A model generated the notes under the pieces. It was not told the origin of the DNA, did no database searches, and saw only the letters and a program-made list of their open reading frames with translations. Both the position numbers and the translations under genes were made by a program. Of a DNA stretch of 64,000 bases, positions 19,908 through 30,690 are shown piece after piece; the first letter of the stretch is position 1, and every line of letters begins with the position of its first letter. Where the stretch lies: sequence record DRR723986_13328; one strand, written 5' to 3'.

Positions 19908-22900
19908 TTATTGTTTAATAATTCTCGTAATTGAAGTTGGGGTCTTAATGAAATAAATTCCATCTTCATAATCGCTTAAATCAAACTGAATTTCGTTGTC
20001 AATTATTTCAAATTGAATTGGTAATACTTGACCCAGCGCATTGATAACTTGAATTGAAACGTTTGCCTCTTGAAGTACAATTGTAAGCGGTCCAGATGTT
20101 GGGTTAGGATAAATGATAAGGTCGTTTAGGTTTTCTGAATTCACTTTGACAGATTTAACTTCAGAATATTCGAATTTACCGTCAAAGTCCACCTGTTTTA
20201 AACGGTAATAATTAATCCCCAGTACAGGATTCTCATCTTTGGTATAATAGTCGATAATTGAAGTTGAATTACCTGCGCCGTCAACTTTTGTTAATTGGCT
20301 GAAGTTTTCTCCATCAGCTGATTTTTCAACAATAAAATAATCGTTGTTTATTTCGGTTGCGGTTGACCAGTTTAGATCCACGGTTCCTTTGTTCAAAGAG
20401 GCAGTAAAATCTAACAATTCAATTGGTAGAGGGTTGTTAACCGTTGTGGACGCCAAAGTAAACGGACTGAAATTTGTCACTGCTCCACTTGAAGCAATTG
20501 TTCCAGAAGTTGTTGTACCGGTTGTTCCACCATTTCCATGATCTTTCCACATTGTTCCATCCCATCTAGCAACTAATAATTCTGGAAGATTTGTTACCCC
20601 ACAACTTGCTGGGGTGTCCCAGCTTAAAGTTACTACAACATTATTTGTGGTTGCAATTCTATCTAATGTCCAATATTCGCATGAACTTATGTGTTGAATT
20701 GTAGGGTCAGCAGATGCATGATCATAGGTTGGGTGAGGGTCTACATTAAAATACTCCGCTCTAAATCGCGCAGAACCACTAGATGGATTAGACATTTCGA
20801 TTGGTCGATAAATAGAATTGTCTCCAACTGGGAAAATGAAGGCATCATTTCCAATTTTTTCGATTGGGCCATCTACATGCGAAGCGTCAGACACAGATGA
20901 AACGGTGGAATTATCTCTCATGTATAGCAAATTGGTTGCAGTTGAATTGATAATTCCATTATCCAAGTCAAGTTCCACGGTAACTTCAATTGGCATATTT
21001 AAATTTACGTTTCCACTACCTTTGTTTACTTGAAAATCTCTAAATAAAGGTATTCCCGAAGCCCCAAGATCATTTAAATCTTGATCACCCGTGTTACCAT
21101 CTAATAAAACTCTTCCGTTTCCAGATTGACCAAAATAAATCTGCGAATTCGCATTGATGTTGATGTCTCCAGAATAAGTGTCAGTATTGTTGTCAGAAGG
21201 TCTGATTTCACCGGTGTTCGTTTTGATGAAGGTTACGTCATCATTATAATCATCTGGGGTCCCGAAAGTTGATGAAAACCTTAATCGATTGGTTCCAGAA
21301 TTAGTAATTACGGTTACTCCATTAAAGATATTTCCTCCCGGACTATCGTCATTCGTAGCTCCTGTTTTAGAAATATTAGTATCATCATTATAGGTTGTTG
21401 TGTTGGTATAATATCTAGGAGCGCTGAAGGTTGTTACTGCGTTCCAAATTGCATTTCTTTGATAGATCCTAGCCGTCCCTGTACAAACCACATTCTGTGC
21501 AGTACCTCCTAATTGAGTGAAGTTTCTGAATCTTAAATCACCTGCAATAAAACCGCCTCCACCAACAGACACTGTTTGACCAGCAGCTAAGGTACCAGTT
21601 CCACCATCTTGCCCAAATCTTACGCCATCACAACTAGCATGCTCACTCGTAACAGTGATGCTACCATTATAATTTCCAATCGCCCCTGTGGCTCTATTTA
21701 GGTAAACTTCAGAGTTGTTGGATGAAGCACTGTTCGTGATAGCTATATTTCCGTTATAGGTGTTAGTTGAAACATTACCCAAATATGTTCTAGTGTTCGT
21801 AATTGCTCCCGATTGATCAAGGGTCATATCACCTTCTACCAATATGGTTGAGTTAGCACTGTTTCCAAGATAATAATAACTTGATGTACCTGACCCAGCA
21901 TTGATTGCATCAAGAGTGCTATTAAAAGTAGCATCACCGTTACTGCCAACTACAATTTGTGAGGTTGTTGAGGATCCGTTATTTGTAAGTGTGGTAGCTC
22001 CGTCAATTTCAATTGAAGAAGGTGTTCCTTCAGCCAGCCTGATTTGACCAGTTCCTGCCGCAGTTGAAGTATTGGTAGCGTCAAATGTTGAACCAAAAGT
22101 AGCGTTTCCATTATTCGCGACATATATCGTGGATGTAGCAGCACTCGTATTTAATATTGTTGTTGCGCCGGTAACTGCAATATCAGATCCGGTACCTGTA
22201 GCAATATATGATGTAAGCGCATTACCAGTGTGGGTCCAGTCAAGTGTTCCCGCTACTGTATTCCCAGCTGATGCATGTGCTATATACATATTGTGTGAAC
22301 CGGAATTTAAGACTGATAAATTGGCCTGCCAAACGTCAGGAGAACCGTTACCCATTAAAAAATATCGGCTACCTGTATTTACCAATTGACAATTACCTAC
22401 GAACAAATTCCCTCCTGCAGAAGCATCATCTGTTGTTCCAGTTTTTTCTAAATAAGAAGTAAGGTTATAAGTAGTTCCTCTGGTGTTCATTCTTGGAGCT
22501 ATAAAAACAATATTTCCACCCCAATCCGAATCATAGTTATAAATTCTAGCCGTACCTGTTGCTGTCAAATTCTGATTAGTTGGCCCCACCTGAGTAAAAT
22601 TTCTAAACTGCAAATCTCCTGATATAAACCCAGCTCCACCGATTGTTATAGTTTTAGTTGCAGCTAATGTTCCTGACCCCGTGTTTTCACCAAATCGGAT
22701 TCCATCACATGCTGCATTTGTTGACGTCACAACAATATCCTCATTATATAATCCGACACTATTTGCACCATAATTACAATAAATTTGTGAATTTGTAGAC
22801 CCAGAATTGTTGGCCAGAGTTAATGCACCATTGAAAGTTACATCTCCTTGATTTCCAACATAGATTCTTCCATCACTTGTAACTGCAGAATTATTGGTAA

Positions 22901-25900
22901 TAATGGATACCCCATCCGCCTCAAAAGAAGAGGTAGTTGCGCTCGCTAATAAAATTCTTCCAGAAGTCCCAGTAGGAGCATTAGTAGCAGTAAAATCATC
23001 TTGAAAGTCAACAACACCACTATTTCCAAAGTAAATGTCACCTGCATTGGTATTGTTTGTATTGATTGCTGTGACAGCACCAAGTCCCGTAACTGTAGAG
23101 GTTGCACCAGCTGCTACATACACATATGCATTTCCGCTACCTGAAGCATTCAATGTAATGTCAAGCGTTTGGTTAAAAGTAATCGAACCGCTATTACCTA
23201 AATAGATATCACCTCCAGCAGTTACCGAATTATTAATAATTGCTGTCCCACTAATTGTCATAGTTGAACCAGTGCTATTCGAAATGACATCATTTTGAGC
23301 TGTATTTCCAGTCATGTCCCAGGTTAGGTTACCGGCAATTGTGTTTCCAACGCTGTTACTGGCAATTATGATTCTGTGAGTTCCTGTATTGTCTACATCT
23401 AAATTGCCTCCCCATGTGTCAGGAGAAGCAGTTCCGAAATTTATTTGACCAGATCCGCTATTTACAAGTTGAGCATCTCCAACAAAACTGTTTCCTCCAT
23501 TTGAATCGTCATTAGTTGCTCCATTCTTTTCTAAGTAAGAAGTTCCGTTATATGTTGTTCCTCTAGTAAGCATTCTTGGGGCAGTGAAAACGACATTTCC
23601 TCCCCAATTGGAGTCATAATTGTAAATTCTTGCTGTGCCTGTGCAAGCCAGAGCTTGAGGGGTTGGACCAACTTGAGTGAAATTTCTGAATTGAGCATCA
23701 CCCGAAACAAATCCTCCTGCACCAATTGTCACAGTTTTAGTGGCTGCCAGCGTTCCGTTACCCGCATTCTGACCAAATCTGATTCCATCACTATTTACAT
23801 GCGTTGCCTCAAGAATAATATCGTCATTAAAGATTCCTGTACTTGTTGAGTTCAAATTAACGTACATGTGATTATTGTTTGCGCCGTTATGATTACTTAG
23901 TGTTAACGTTCCAGTGAATGTCAAATCTCCGCTATTTCCAATATAATATCTAGAATCAGTTACAGCCGTACTATTATTCGTGATGATTGTATTTCCTCCT
24001 ACACTTAATGATCCATCTGTAGTATTTGCTGCATAGAAATGAGGAGATGCCCCGGTTGAATTATCTGTAAAAGTTAGGTCTCCATTGATCGTTATATCGC
24101 TTCCATTTCCTAAGTACACATTACTTGCGGCCGCACTCGTGGTGCTTGTAATAGTCACGTTTCCAGCAACGGTTAAGTCCCCAGACGCGTTGTTTCCAAT
24201 CTCAAGCCGAGTGGAACTAGCAGATAGGTTTCCTGTTAAATTACCGGCAACGGTGTTCCCAGCCGAATTATAAGCCCAGTACATTTGAGCTGAACTTGCA
24301 TTATCCAATATTAAGTTTGCTTGGCAAATGTCAGGATTTCCATTTCCCATCAAGATGTATTCGGATCCGGTATTTCTTATTGTTACATCACCAACAAAAG
24401 TGTTTCCACCAGTTGATTGATCGTCAGCGATTCCTCCTGTTTTTTCAATAATTGCGGTACCATTGTACGTTGTTCCATTTGAGTGAATTCGAGGCGCTTT
24501 AAAGTCGACATCACCGCCCCAATTGGAATCTATATTTCTAAGTCTCGCAGTACCTGTACATGTAAGACTATGATTTGTTGGTCCTACCTGAGTAAAGTTT
24601 CTAAAATAAAGTTCTCCGGCAATAAATCCGCCAGCTCCAATTGTTATTGTTTTAGTCGCAGCTAATGTAGCAGAACCAGTATTTTGACCGAATCTAACTC
24701 CATCTCCAGTTGCATTGGTGTTTGTTACAACAATGTTTTCATTATAAGTACCAACACTGTTCACGTTATAGTTACAAAAAATCTCAGAATTCGTTGCGCT
24801 GGCTGTATTGTTTAAAATTAAATTTCCATTGGTGGTTATATCGCCATTTACTCCTAACCAAGTTCGTTGAGTAGTTGCTCCTGTCCCAGTATTATTCAAA
24901 GTAGTTGCTCCATTAAGAATGACGTTAGATGAAGTTCCGTTAGAAATGTACATGTTGTGCGTAGCACTTGATGAGGTGTTGTTGTAAGTAAAATCCCCAT
25001 TGAAGGTTGCACTTCCTGCGTTCCCTACGTAAATCGTATTTGTCGCGGCACTTGAACTATTGTTGATAACAGTATTGCCGGTCACGGTTAAAGTTGAAAC
25101 AGCATTATTAGATATAACAATAACGTTAGAGGTCCCTGAATTGGTTAAAGTAAAATCTCCAGCTATTGTATTTCCGGCACTGTTTTGTGCTAATTCAAAT
25201 CGATCTCCACCCGTATTATTTACAGTTAGATTGGCTTGGAAGTCATCAGGATTTCCATTACCCATACCTATTTGATCAATTGCCGAATTGACAATTGTGC
25301 AATTGCCAACAAAAACATTTCCTCCTGCAGAATTATCATCCGAAGCTCCAGTTTTTTCAAGATAAGAGGTACCACTATAGGTTGTTCCTCTTGTATTGAT
25401 TCTAGGAGAAATAAAAGTTACGTCACCTCCCCAATTTGAATCATACTGAAGCATGTAGGCAGTTCCTGTTAATGTTAAGTTTTGTGCAGTAGCTCCGGTT
25501 TGAGTAAAGTTTCTTAAATAGGTATTCCCGCTAACATATCCTGAAGCTCCTACAGTAATAGTTTTCGTAGCCGCTAGTACAGACGAACCACCATTTTCAC
25601 CAAAACTGACACCATCTGATCCAGCAACAGTTGATTCTATTATAATATTCTCATTGAAATTGCATACGCCTGTCGCTGCTCTGTTAAAATACATTTGGGA
25701 ATTTGTGGCCGCAGAATTGTTTGTGGCGGTTACATCCCCGTTAAATGTTACCGTTCCACTTTCAGCAATTCTGAATCTATGTGTTGTTGCCCCCGATCCA
25801 TTATTGACAAATGTTGAAGTACCGGTAATTGTTACTGAGCTTGCCGCTTGGTTAGCTAAGTATACATTTACGCTCGCCGCTGATGAATTATTGGTATAAG

Positions 25901-27224
25901 TTAGATTTCCAGTAATATTCAAAGTTCCCGCATCCGCTATCACATCTGAATGATCAGCGGTTCCTCCTAAGTTTAGCGTTAAATTCCCACCAATTGAAAG
26001 CGTTGAGCCTGTCAAACGAGCCATTCTAATACCTACCGCACTACCAGATTGGTTTACTGTTACGTTGCCTGCAACCGTGTTACCGGCACTATTATCGGCA
26101 AAATAGATTACATTTGATCCTGTATTATTAATGATAACATTAGCTGAATACGTATCAGGGTTTACGTTACCCATCATGAAGTGATTGGTGCTTGAATTAT
26201 TCATTGTAAAATCCTGAGAAAAAGTATTCCCACCAAGTGAAGAATCATTTGTTCCACCGGTTTTGGTTAAGGTTGTCACTCCATTATAATTTGAATTGAC
26301 GGTGTAAATTCTTGCCCCTGAAAAATTTACTGATCCGTTCCAGGTATTATTATCTAAATATAATCGAGAAGTTCCTGTAGTGACAAGACTTTGTGCAGTA
26401 GCTCCAACTTGAGTTAAACGATAAATTCTCAAATCTCCTACCGAAAATCCACCTCCACCTATTCCTACCGTTTTTGTAGCAGCTAAAGTAGCAGAACTAG
26501 TGGCTCCTTGACATATATAAATCCCTAAACTGGTTCCAGAAGATTCAAAAATCACATTATCATTGAATTGGTTTCCAGCAGAATTATGGCCTAAATAAAT
26601 TAGGTTTGTTCCAGTATTCTGAACAGTTAAAACGCCATTGAATGTGTCTGGATTTACATTTCCGGTCATAAAATAATTAGGAGCCGTACTTGCCATGGTC
26701 ACCGTTGAATTGAAGGTGTTTCCACCTTGGCCAGCATCACTTCCAGCGGCAGTTTTGGTAAATGAAACGGCATTGTTAAATGTTGATCCATCTAAGAATA
26801 TCCGACCAGAAGTACAAAAGATTTGTGCCCCAATAGTTGAACCATTGAATCTTGTTGTTCCCGCTGAATTTACAGTTAGCGTCCCTAGATTAGGAGTGTC
26901 ATTAATAGTTCCAGTAGTAAAAGTTGCGTTCCCGGAAGTTACATTAATGGTGTTCCCATTCAAATCAATTACTCCAGTGTACCCATTAACCGTAATTCCG
27001 CCAAGAGTTGCTAAAATGTCAAGGTTGCAATTACCCAATCCGTTAGCATCAAAAATGGCTGCATCAGCAGCCCCAGGAACAGAAGCTCCGCCTGCACCGC
27101 CAGAAGTTGTTGACCAATTCGCGGTATTATTCCAGTTGGTAGCTGCACCAGCAATCCAATACCGATCGGCAGCAAAAGTTAAAGAAGTTAAAGAAAGGGC
27201 AAAAATGAAAATTAGAATTCTCAT
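19908..27224 (-). CDS. Giant T9SS-secreted beta-solenoid (adhesin-like) protein, 2438 aa
   Basis: Signal peptide; N/T/G-rich repetitive body; IFPVGD...YWTLDR...FSPFTL module; PLPIELLDF...WSTATE.NNDYF...YYRLKQVDFDG; IYPNPT CTD. Confidence 0.9.
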   Translation of the reverse strand: MRILIFIFALSLTSLTFAADRYWIAGAATNWNNTANWSTTSGGAGGASVPGAADAAIFDANGLGNCNLDILATLGGITVNGYTGVIDLNGNTINVTSGNATFTTGTINDTPNLGTLTVNSAGTTRFNGSTIGAQIFCTSGRIFLDGSTFNNAVSFTKTAAGSDAGQGGNTFNSTVTMASTAPNYFMTGNVNPDTFNGVLTVQNTGTNLIYLGHNSAGNQFNDNVIFESSGTSLGIYICQGATSSATLAATKTVGIGGGGFSVGDLRIYRLTQVGATAQSLVTTGTSRLYLDNNTWNGSVNFSGARIYTVNSNYNGVTTLTKTGGTNDSSLGGNTFSQDFTMNNSSTNHFMMGNVNPDTYSANVIINNTGSNVIYFADNSAGNTVAGNVTVNQSGSAVGIRMARLTGSTLSIGGNLTLNLGGTADHSDVIADAGTLNITGNLTYTNNSSAASVNVYLANQAASSVTITGTSTFVNNGSGATTHRFRIAESGTVTFNGDVTATNNSAATNSQMYFNRAATGVCNFNENIIIESTVAGSDGVSFGENGGSSVLAATKTITVGASGYVSGNTYLRNFTQTGATAQNLTLTGTAYMLQYDSNWGGDVTFISPRINTRGTTYSGTSYLEKTGASDDNSAGGNVFVGNCTIVNSAIDQIGMGNGNPDDFQANLTVNNTGGDRFELAQNSAGNTIAGDFTLTNSGTSNVIVISNNAVSTLTVTGNTVINNSSSAATNTIYVGNAGSATFNGDFTYNNTSSSATHNMYISNGTSSNVILNGATTLNNTGTGATTQRTWLGVNGDITTNGNLILNNTASATNSEIFCNYNVNSVGTYNENIVVTNTNATGDGVRFGQNTGSATLAATKTITIGAGGFIAGELYFRNFTQVGPTNHSLTCTGTARLRNIDSNWGGDVDFKAPRIHSNGTTYNGTAIIEKTGGIADDQSTGGNTFVGDVTIRNTGSEYILMGNGNPDICQANLILDNASSAQMYWAYNSAGNTVAGNLTGNLSASSTRLEIGNNASGDLTVAGNVTITSTTSAAASNVYLGNGSDITINGDLTFTDNSTGASPHFYAANTTDGSLSVGGNTIITNNSTAVTDSRYYIGNSGDLTFTGTLTLSNHNGANNNHMYVNLNSTSTGIFNDDIILEATHVNSDGIRFGQNAGNGTLAATKTVTIGAGGFVSGDAQFRNFTQVGPTPQALACTGTARIYNYDSNWGGNVVFTAPRMLTRGTTYNGTSYLEKNGATNDDSNGGNSFVGDAQLVNSGSGQINFGTASPDTWGGNLDVDNTGTHRIIIASNSVGNTIAGNLTWDMTGNTAQNDVISNSTGSTMTISGTAIINNSVTAGGDIYLGNSGSITFNQTLDITLNASGSGNAYVYVAAGATSTVTGLGAVTAINTNNTNAGDIYFGNSGVVDFQDDFTATNAPTGTSGRILLASATTSSFEADGVSIITNNSAVTSDGRIYVGNQGDVTFNGALTLANNSGSTNSQIYCNYGANSVGLYNEDIVVTSTNAACDGIRFGENTGSGTLAATKTITIGGAGFISGDLQFRNFTQVGPTNQNLTATGTARIYNYDSDWGGNIVFIAPRMNTRGTTYNLTSYLEKTGTTDDASAGGNLFVGNCQLVNTGSRYFLMGNGSPDVWQANLSVLNSGSHNMYIAHASAGNTVAGTLDWTHTGNALTSYIATGTGSDIAVTGATTILNTSAATSTIYVANNGNATFGSTFDATNTSTAAGTGQIRLAEGTPSSIEIDGATTLTNNGSSTTSQIVVGSNGDATFNSTLDAINAGSGTSSYYYLGNSANSTILVEGDMTLDQSGAITNTRTYLGNVSTNTYNGNIAITNSASSNNSEVYLNRATGAIGNYNGSITVTSEHASCDGVRFGQDGGTGTLAAGQTVSVGGGGFIAGDLRFRNFTQLGGTAQNVVCTGTARIYQRNAIWNAVTTFSAPRYYTNTTTYNDDTNISKTGATNDDSPGGNIFNGVTVITNSGTNRLRFSSTFGTPDDYNDDVTFIKTNTGEIRPSDNNTDTYSGDININANSQIYFGQSGNGRVLLDGNTGDQDLNDLGASGIPLFRDFQVNKGSGNVNLNMPIEVTVELDLDNGIINSTATNLLYMRDNSTVSSVSDASHVDGPIEKIGNDAFIFPVGDNSIYRPIEMSNPSSGSARFRAEYFNVDPHPTYDHASADPTIQHISSCEYWTLDRIATTNNVVVTLSWDTPASCGVTNLPELLVARWDGTMWKDHGNGGTTGTTTSGTIASSGAVTNFSPFTLASTTVNNPLPIELLDFTASLNKGTVDLNWSTATEINNDYFIVEKSADGENFSQLTKVDGAGNSTSIIDYYTKDENPVLGINYYRLKQVDFDGKFEYSEVKSVKVNSENLNDLIIYPNPTSGPLTIVLQEANVSIQVINALGQVLPIQFEIIDNEIQFDLSDYEDGIYFIKTPTSITRIIKQ
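21330..26490 (-). repeat. Six in-frame macro-repeats (303-361 aa) inside the giant protein
   Basis: LAATKT..IG.GGF..G....RNFTQ.G motif; TQ codons at 26409, 25500, 24588, 23673, 22590 and 21513 (spacings 909, 912, 915, 1083, 1077 nt). Confidence 0.9.
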
Positions 27225-27422
27225 ATCAATTTTAATCTTAAGTAGTAGTCTAATTCGTAAATATACGAAAAATCGAGTTTTTAACTAGTTGGTGTTCTGA
27301 TAGATTCGATAAAGTGAGGGAAAGAGCCGTTGAATGGAAATAATTTATTATCGGTTGTTTAGGTTATCTCGAAGTTGACAAAGATTTTTAAAAAATTAAC
27401 AAAATAAACGAACCTTGATAAT

Positions 27423-28427
27423 CTACATTTTAAAAGTATCATGGATCTCTGCTACATGGTATCCAGCTTCCTCAATTTGATGTTTTACATCAGATGATTG
27501 GTCCAAAATAGGGTTGGTGTGGTTGACATGAATAAAATATATTTTTGACTTGTCCATATCGGATAGCGATTTAAAACGATCCATACTTTCTGAAACTAAG
27601 GGGTGCGGGATTTCTTCTATTTTTCTGTTAGGAATTTCCTTACTGCTATAGAATGTTGCATCAAGAAAAGCATAATCCACATTTGTAATTTCTGAGTTGA
27701 TATCAAGGTCCCATTTTTCCCATTTATCGATATCTGGAATAAATAGTGCTGTTTTGGTTGGACCAATTATTTTGAATCCCACAGTTTCAGAGAATTCGTC
27801 TCTATGGGGTACTAACAGTGGAATCACTTGTAAGTTGTTAGAAACTGAAGTAGTCGTGTTGCTTTTTAGGGAGGAAAGACGAATATTTTTATCTTCAACT
27901 AACTGGCTCCAAGGGCCATTCTTTTCAAGAAAAGTTTTCATTTTTGGCATTGCATAAACCGGAATACTGGAAGCATTGTTAGCTTCTTTTCCGAAATACA
28001 TCAAACCAGTATAATGTCCAATATGTGCGTGGGTTATAAACACCCCATCTGGGAGATCATTAGAGCTGAAATTTTCATGGTCAGAAAGCAAAGCAAGCTG
28101 TTCAGGCATATCAGGACTTGCCTCAAACAGATACTTTTGATGGTTTTCTGGATCAATAAAGCCTAAAGAAACAACCAAATTAGAATGGTCTAAATTTTTT
28201 CTAAGATTTTCGCAGCAAGCCTGGTGACAATTCATGTGTGGAGCACCAGCATCTTGAAGGGTTCCAAGGACAATAAGGGTAGGGGAGTCAACAGGTTCAA
28301 AACTGATATTTTCTATCTCGTTTTGGATTAGAGTAGAATCACCAATTTCTGAAGATTCAGGATCATCAATTTCTTGAGTACAGGAAAGTATTAGTAGGCA
28401 AAATAAGCTGTAATAAAATTTGCTCAT
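27423..28427 (-). CDS. PqqB-like metallo-beta-lactamase-fold hydrolase, lipoprotein
   Basis: LILSC lipobox; LGTLQDAGAPH..C, THAHIGHYTG, PHRDEFSETVG, FIHVNHTN. Confidence 0.8.
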   Translation of the reverse strand: MSKFYYSLFCLLILSCTQEIDDPESSEIGDSTLIQNEIENISFEPVDSPTLIVLGTLQDAGAPHMNCHQACCENLRKNLDHSNLVVSLGFIDPENHQKYLFEASPDMPEQLALLSDHENFSSNDLPDGVFITHAHIGHYTGLMYFGKEANNASSIPVYAMPKMKTFLEKNGPWSQLVEDKNIRLSSLKSNTTTSVSNNLQVIPLLVPHRDEFSETVGFKIIGPTKTALFIPDIDKWEKWDLDINSEITNVDYAFLDATFYSSKEIPNRKIEEIPHPLVSESMDRFKSLSDMDKSKIYFIHVNHTNPILDQSSDVKHQIEEAGYHVAEIHDTFKM

Positions 28428-28437
28428 GTTTAAAGAT

Positions 28438-28473
28438 AAAAAAAAGGCTCAAGTAAACTACTTAAGCCTTTTT
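28438..28473. terminator. Intrinsic terminator (bidirectional-type) after flotillin
   Basis: A-tract GGCT c AAGTA aac TACTT a AGCC T-tract. Confidence 0.75.
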
Positions 28474-28491
28474 CTTTGTGTTTTATTGAAC

Positions 28492-30009
28492 TTATTCAGC
28501 AGATTCTGTTGTGTCATCTGTATCAATAACATCAGCAGATCCTTCTTCTACTTTTTTCTTTTTCAAGTAGTCAGGTAATTCTAATCCTGCCATATCAAAC
28601 ATTTCGTTTAATGGTGGAACAGAACCGTAAAGACCACTTAAGAAACCAGCAGTAGATGTTTTACCATCAGCTCCACCTTTTCCGCTATCCCAAACAGTAA
28701 CTTTATCAATTTTAATGTTCTTGATTGCCTCAGACTGCATTCTTACTAATTCTTCAATCTTATCAGCAATAATTAACATTGCGGCATCTTTACTGTTGTT
28801 ACCAGCAGCTTTAACGATTTCATCAAAACCTTGTGCTTGTTTCGTTAAAATTTCAAAGATACCTTTCGCCTCTGCTTCTCTCTTTGCAAAGATCGCATCT
28901 GCCTCACCACGAGCAATTCGTCTGATAGTTTCTGCTTTCGCTTCTGCATCAATCTCAATTTTTGATTTTTGAATTTGCGCAGGAACGACAACGTTGGCAT
29001 ATTCTGTGGCTTGATCTCTTTCGGCTCTGGCTTGCTCAGCTAATTGCTCAGCATGATAAGATTCCTCTAGGGCCTTCGCAGATTGTACTTTCTCAGCAGC
29101 GATCGCCGTTTTTTCAGCCTCTGCCTCTCTTTGTCTTCTTAATGAATCTGATTCAGCAATTGAGATTTGAGAAGTATTCTCTCCTTCAATGGCACGTGCA
29201 TTAGCTTCGGCTGTAGCGATACGCTCAGCTTTAGTTGCTTCTGCCTCACCAATTTTAGCCTTGGCTTGAGCGTTGGCAACCTGAACTCTTTCATCTTGAA
29301 CAGCGTTTGCTTCACCAATTGATCCATCTCTGTTTTTCTCAGCTACCGATTTTCTCGCGTCATTGATGGCGTGAGCAGCAGCTTCTTTACCTAGTGCTTC
29401 AATATATCCAGACTCATCCATGATATCTGTCACGTTCACGTTGATCAATTTCAATCCGATTTTTTTCAACTCGGCCTCAACATTGTGTGATACGTTAGAT
29501 AAGAATTTATCTCTATTGTTGTTAATCTCCTCAATATCCATTGTTGCAATTACTAAACGCAATTGCCCGAATAAGATATCAGTTGCAACTCCTTTGATTT
29601 GATCTTTAGACAGACCCAATAAACGCTCAGCGGCATTCGCCATCACTGAAGGTTCAGTTGAAATTGCTACGGTAAATCTTGAAGGAACATCCACACGGAT
29701 ATTTTGCTTAGATAAGGCATTTTTCAACTCAACTTCAATTGAAATAGGCGATAAATCCATGAACTCATAGTCTTGGATGATTGGCCAGATAAAAGAAGCA
29801 CCACCATGTACACATTTAGCTGTTCTTCCACCTTCTCCGCCACCTGATACTTTTCCGTATACAACCAGGATTCTATCAGAGGGGCAACGTTTGTATCGTC
29901 TGAACATGGCATAAACGAAAATCACGAGAACCAACGTTGCAGCTGTGATTCCGATTAGCGTGAATGGAACACCTCCAATTCCGCCTTGTTGTAATAATAC
30001 TGTATTCAT
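28492..30009 (-). CDS. Flotillin/SPFH-domain protein
   Basis: N-terminal TM; RYKRCPSDRILVVYG, ALSKQNIRVDVP SPFH domain; AEA-rich coiled coil; IKIDKVTVWD. Confidence 0.95.
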   Translation of the reverse strand: MNTVLLQQGGIGGVPFTLIGITAATLVLVIFVYAMFRRYKRCPSDRILVVYGKVSGGGEGGRTAKCVHGGASFIWPIIQDYEFMDLSPISIEVELKNALSKQNIRVDVPSRFTVAISTEPSVMANAAERLLGLSKDQIKGVATDILFGQLRLVIATMDIEEINNNRDKFLSNVSHNVEAELKKIGLKLINVNVTDIMDESGYIEALGKEAAAHAINDARKSVAEKNRDGSIGEANAVQDERVQVANAQAKAKIGEAEATKAERIATAEANARAIEGENTSQISIAESDSLRRQREAEAEKTAIAAEKVQSAKALEESYHAEQLAEQARAERDQATEYANVVVPAQIQKSKIEIDAEAKAETIRRIARGEADAIFAKREAEAKGIFEILTKQAQGFDEIVKAAGNNSKDAAMLIIADKIEELVRMQSEAIKNIKIDKVTVWDSGKGGADGKTSTAGFLSGLYGSVPPLNEMFDMAGLELPDYLKKKKVEEGSADVIDTDDTTESAE

Positions 30010-30013
30010 ATTT

Positions 30014-30589
30014 TTATTTTTTTAATTTTTCTACTAATAATAATTCTCCACTAACAATTTCTGTCACTTTAATGACATTACCTTGAACAAGGTCTTCTTC
30101 ATCATCTGTTAAGGCTTCTAATTCTCTTAATGATCCTTGAACTTTAATCTGGATTTTTCCTATTGTGCTTCTGTTTTTACCAACAGTAATATAGACTTCA
30201 CCGATTTGCCCAATTGCGTTTTTTATCAATAATGTTCCGCTTTCTGCTTGTTTGGCCATAAATGCAAACAACCAAGCCATGACAAACATCATAATTAATC
30301 CGGCAATTAAAGAAATTACAATCGTAATTGTTGATGAATAACCACTGTTGATACTGGCAATTCCTGCCCAAGCAAATACCGTAAAGAAACCCGTGACGTT
30401 TTTGACTGTCAAAAATTGAAAGCCAATGCCACCATCTGCTTCAATATCGGCATCCACACCATCCATATCCGCATCTACTCCACCGATAATTGTTCCAAGA
30501 AACAATACCACAAAGATTAAACTTGCAATAAGAGCTATTATCCAATAGACATGCTCCAGTTGGGTCATTGCCCCCCACCACTCTTCCAT
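30014..30589 (-). CDS. NfeD-like membrane protein (flotillin partner)
   Basis: Three to four TM segments plus C-terminal OB fold IGQIGEVY...GKIQIKVQGSLRELEA; 4 nt upstream of flotillin. Confidence 0.88.
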   Translation of the reverse strand: MEEWWGAMTQLEHVYWIIALIASLIFVVLFLGTIIGGVDADMDGVDADIEADGGIGFQFLTVKNVTGFFTVFAWAGIASINSGYSSTITIVISLIAGLIMMFVMAWLFAFMAKQAESGTLLIKNAIGQIGEVYITVGKNRSTIGKIQIKVQGSLRELEALTDDEEDLVQGNVIKVTEIVSGELLLVEKLKK

Positions 30590-30690
30590 AAATTTTAGGT
30601 TTTAAGTTATAAATTAATAAACTTAGCTTAAAAATAGTCTTTTTATTCAATCTTGGTACCTAAACTCAATAAACTAATTATTTCAGCTAA

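Noticed and set aside
21330-26490. CRISPR array or diversity-generating retroelement repeats
   Set aside because: Repeats are diverged, in-frame protein repeats; no cas or reverse transcriptase gene in the window
26695-27288. 197-aa plus-strand ORF and other short ORFs nested in or antisense to long genes
   Set aside because: Shadow ORFs of well-supported genes, with no motifs or independent signals
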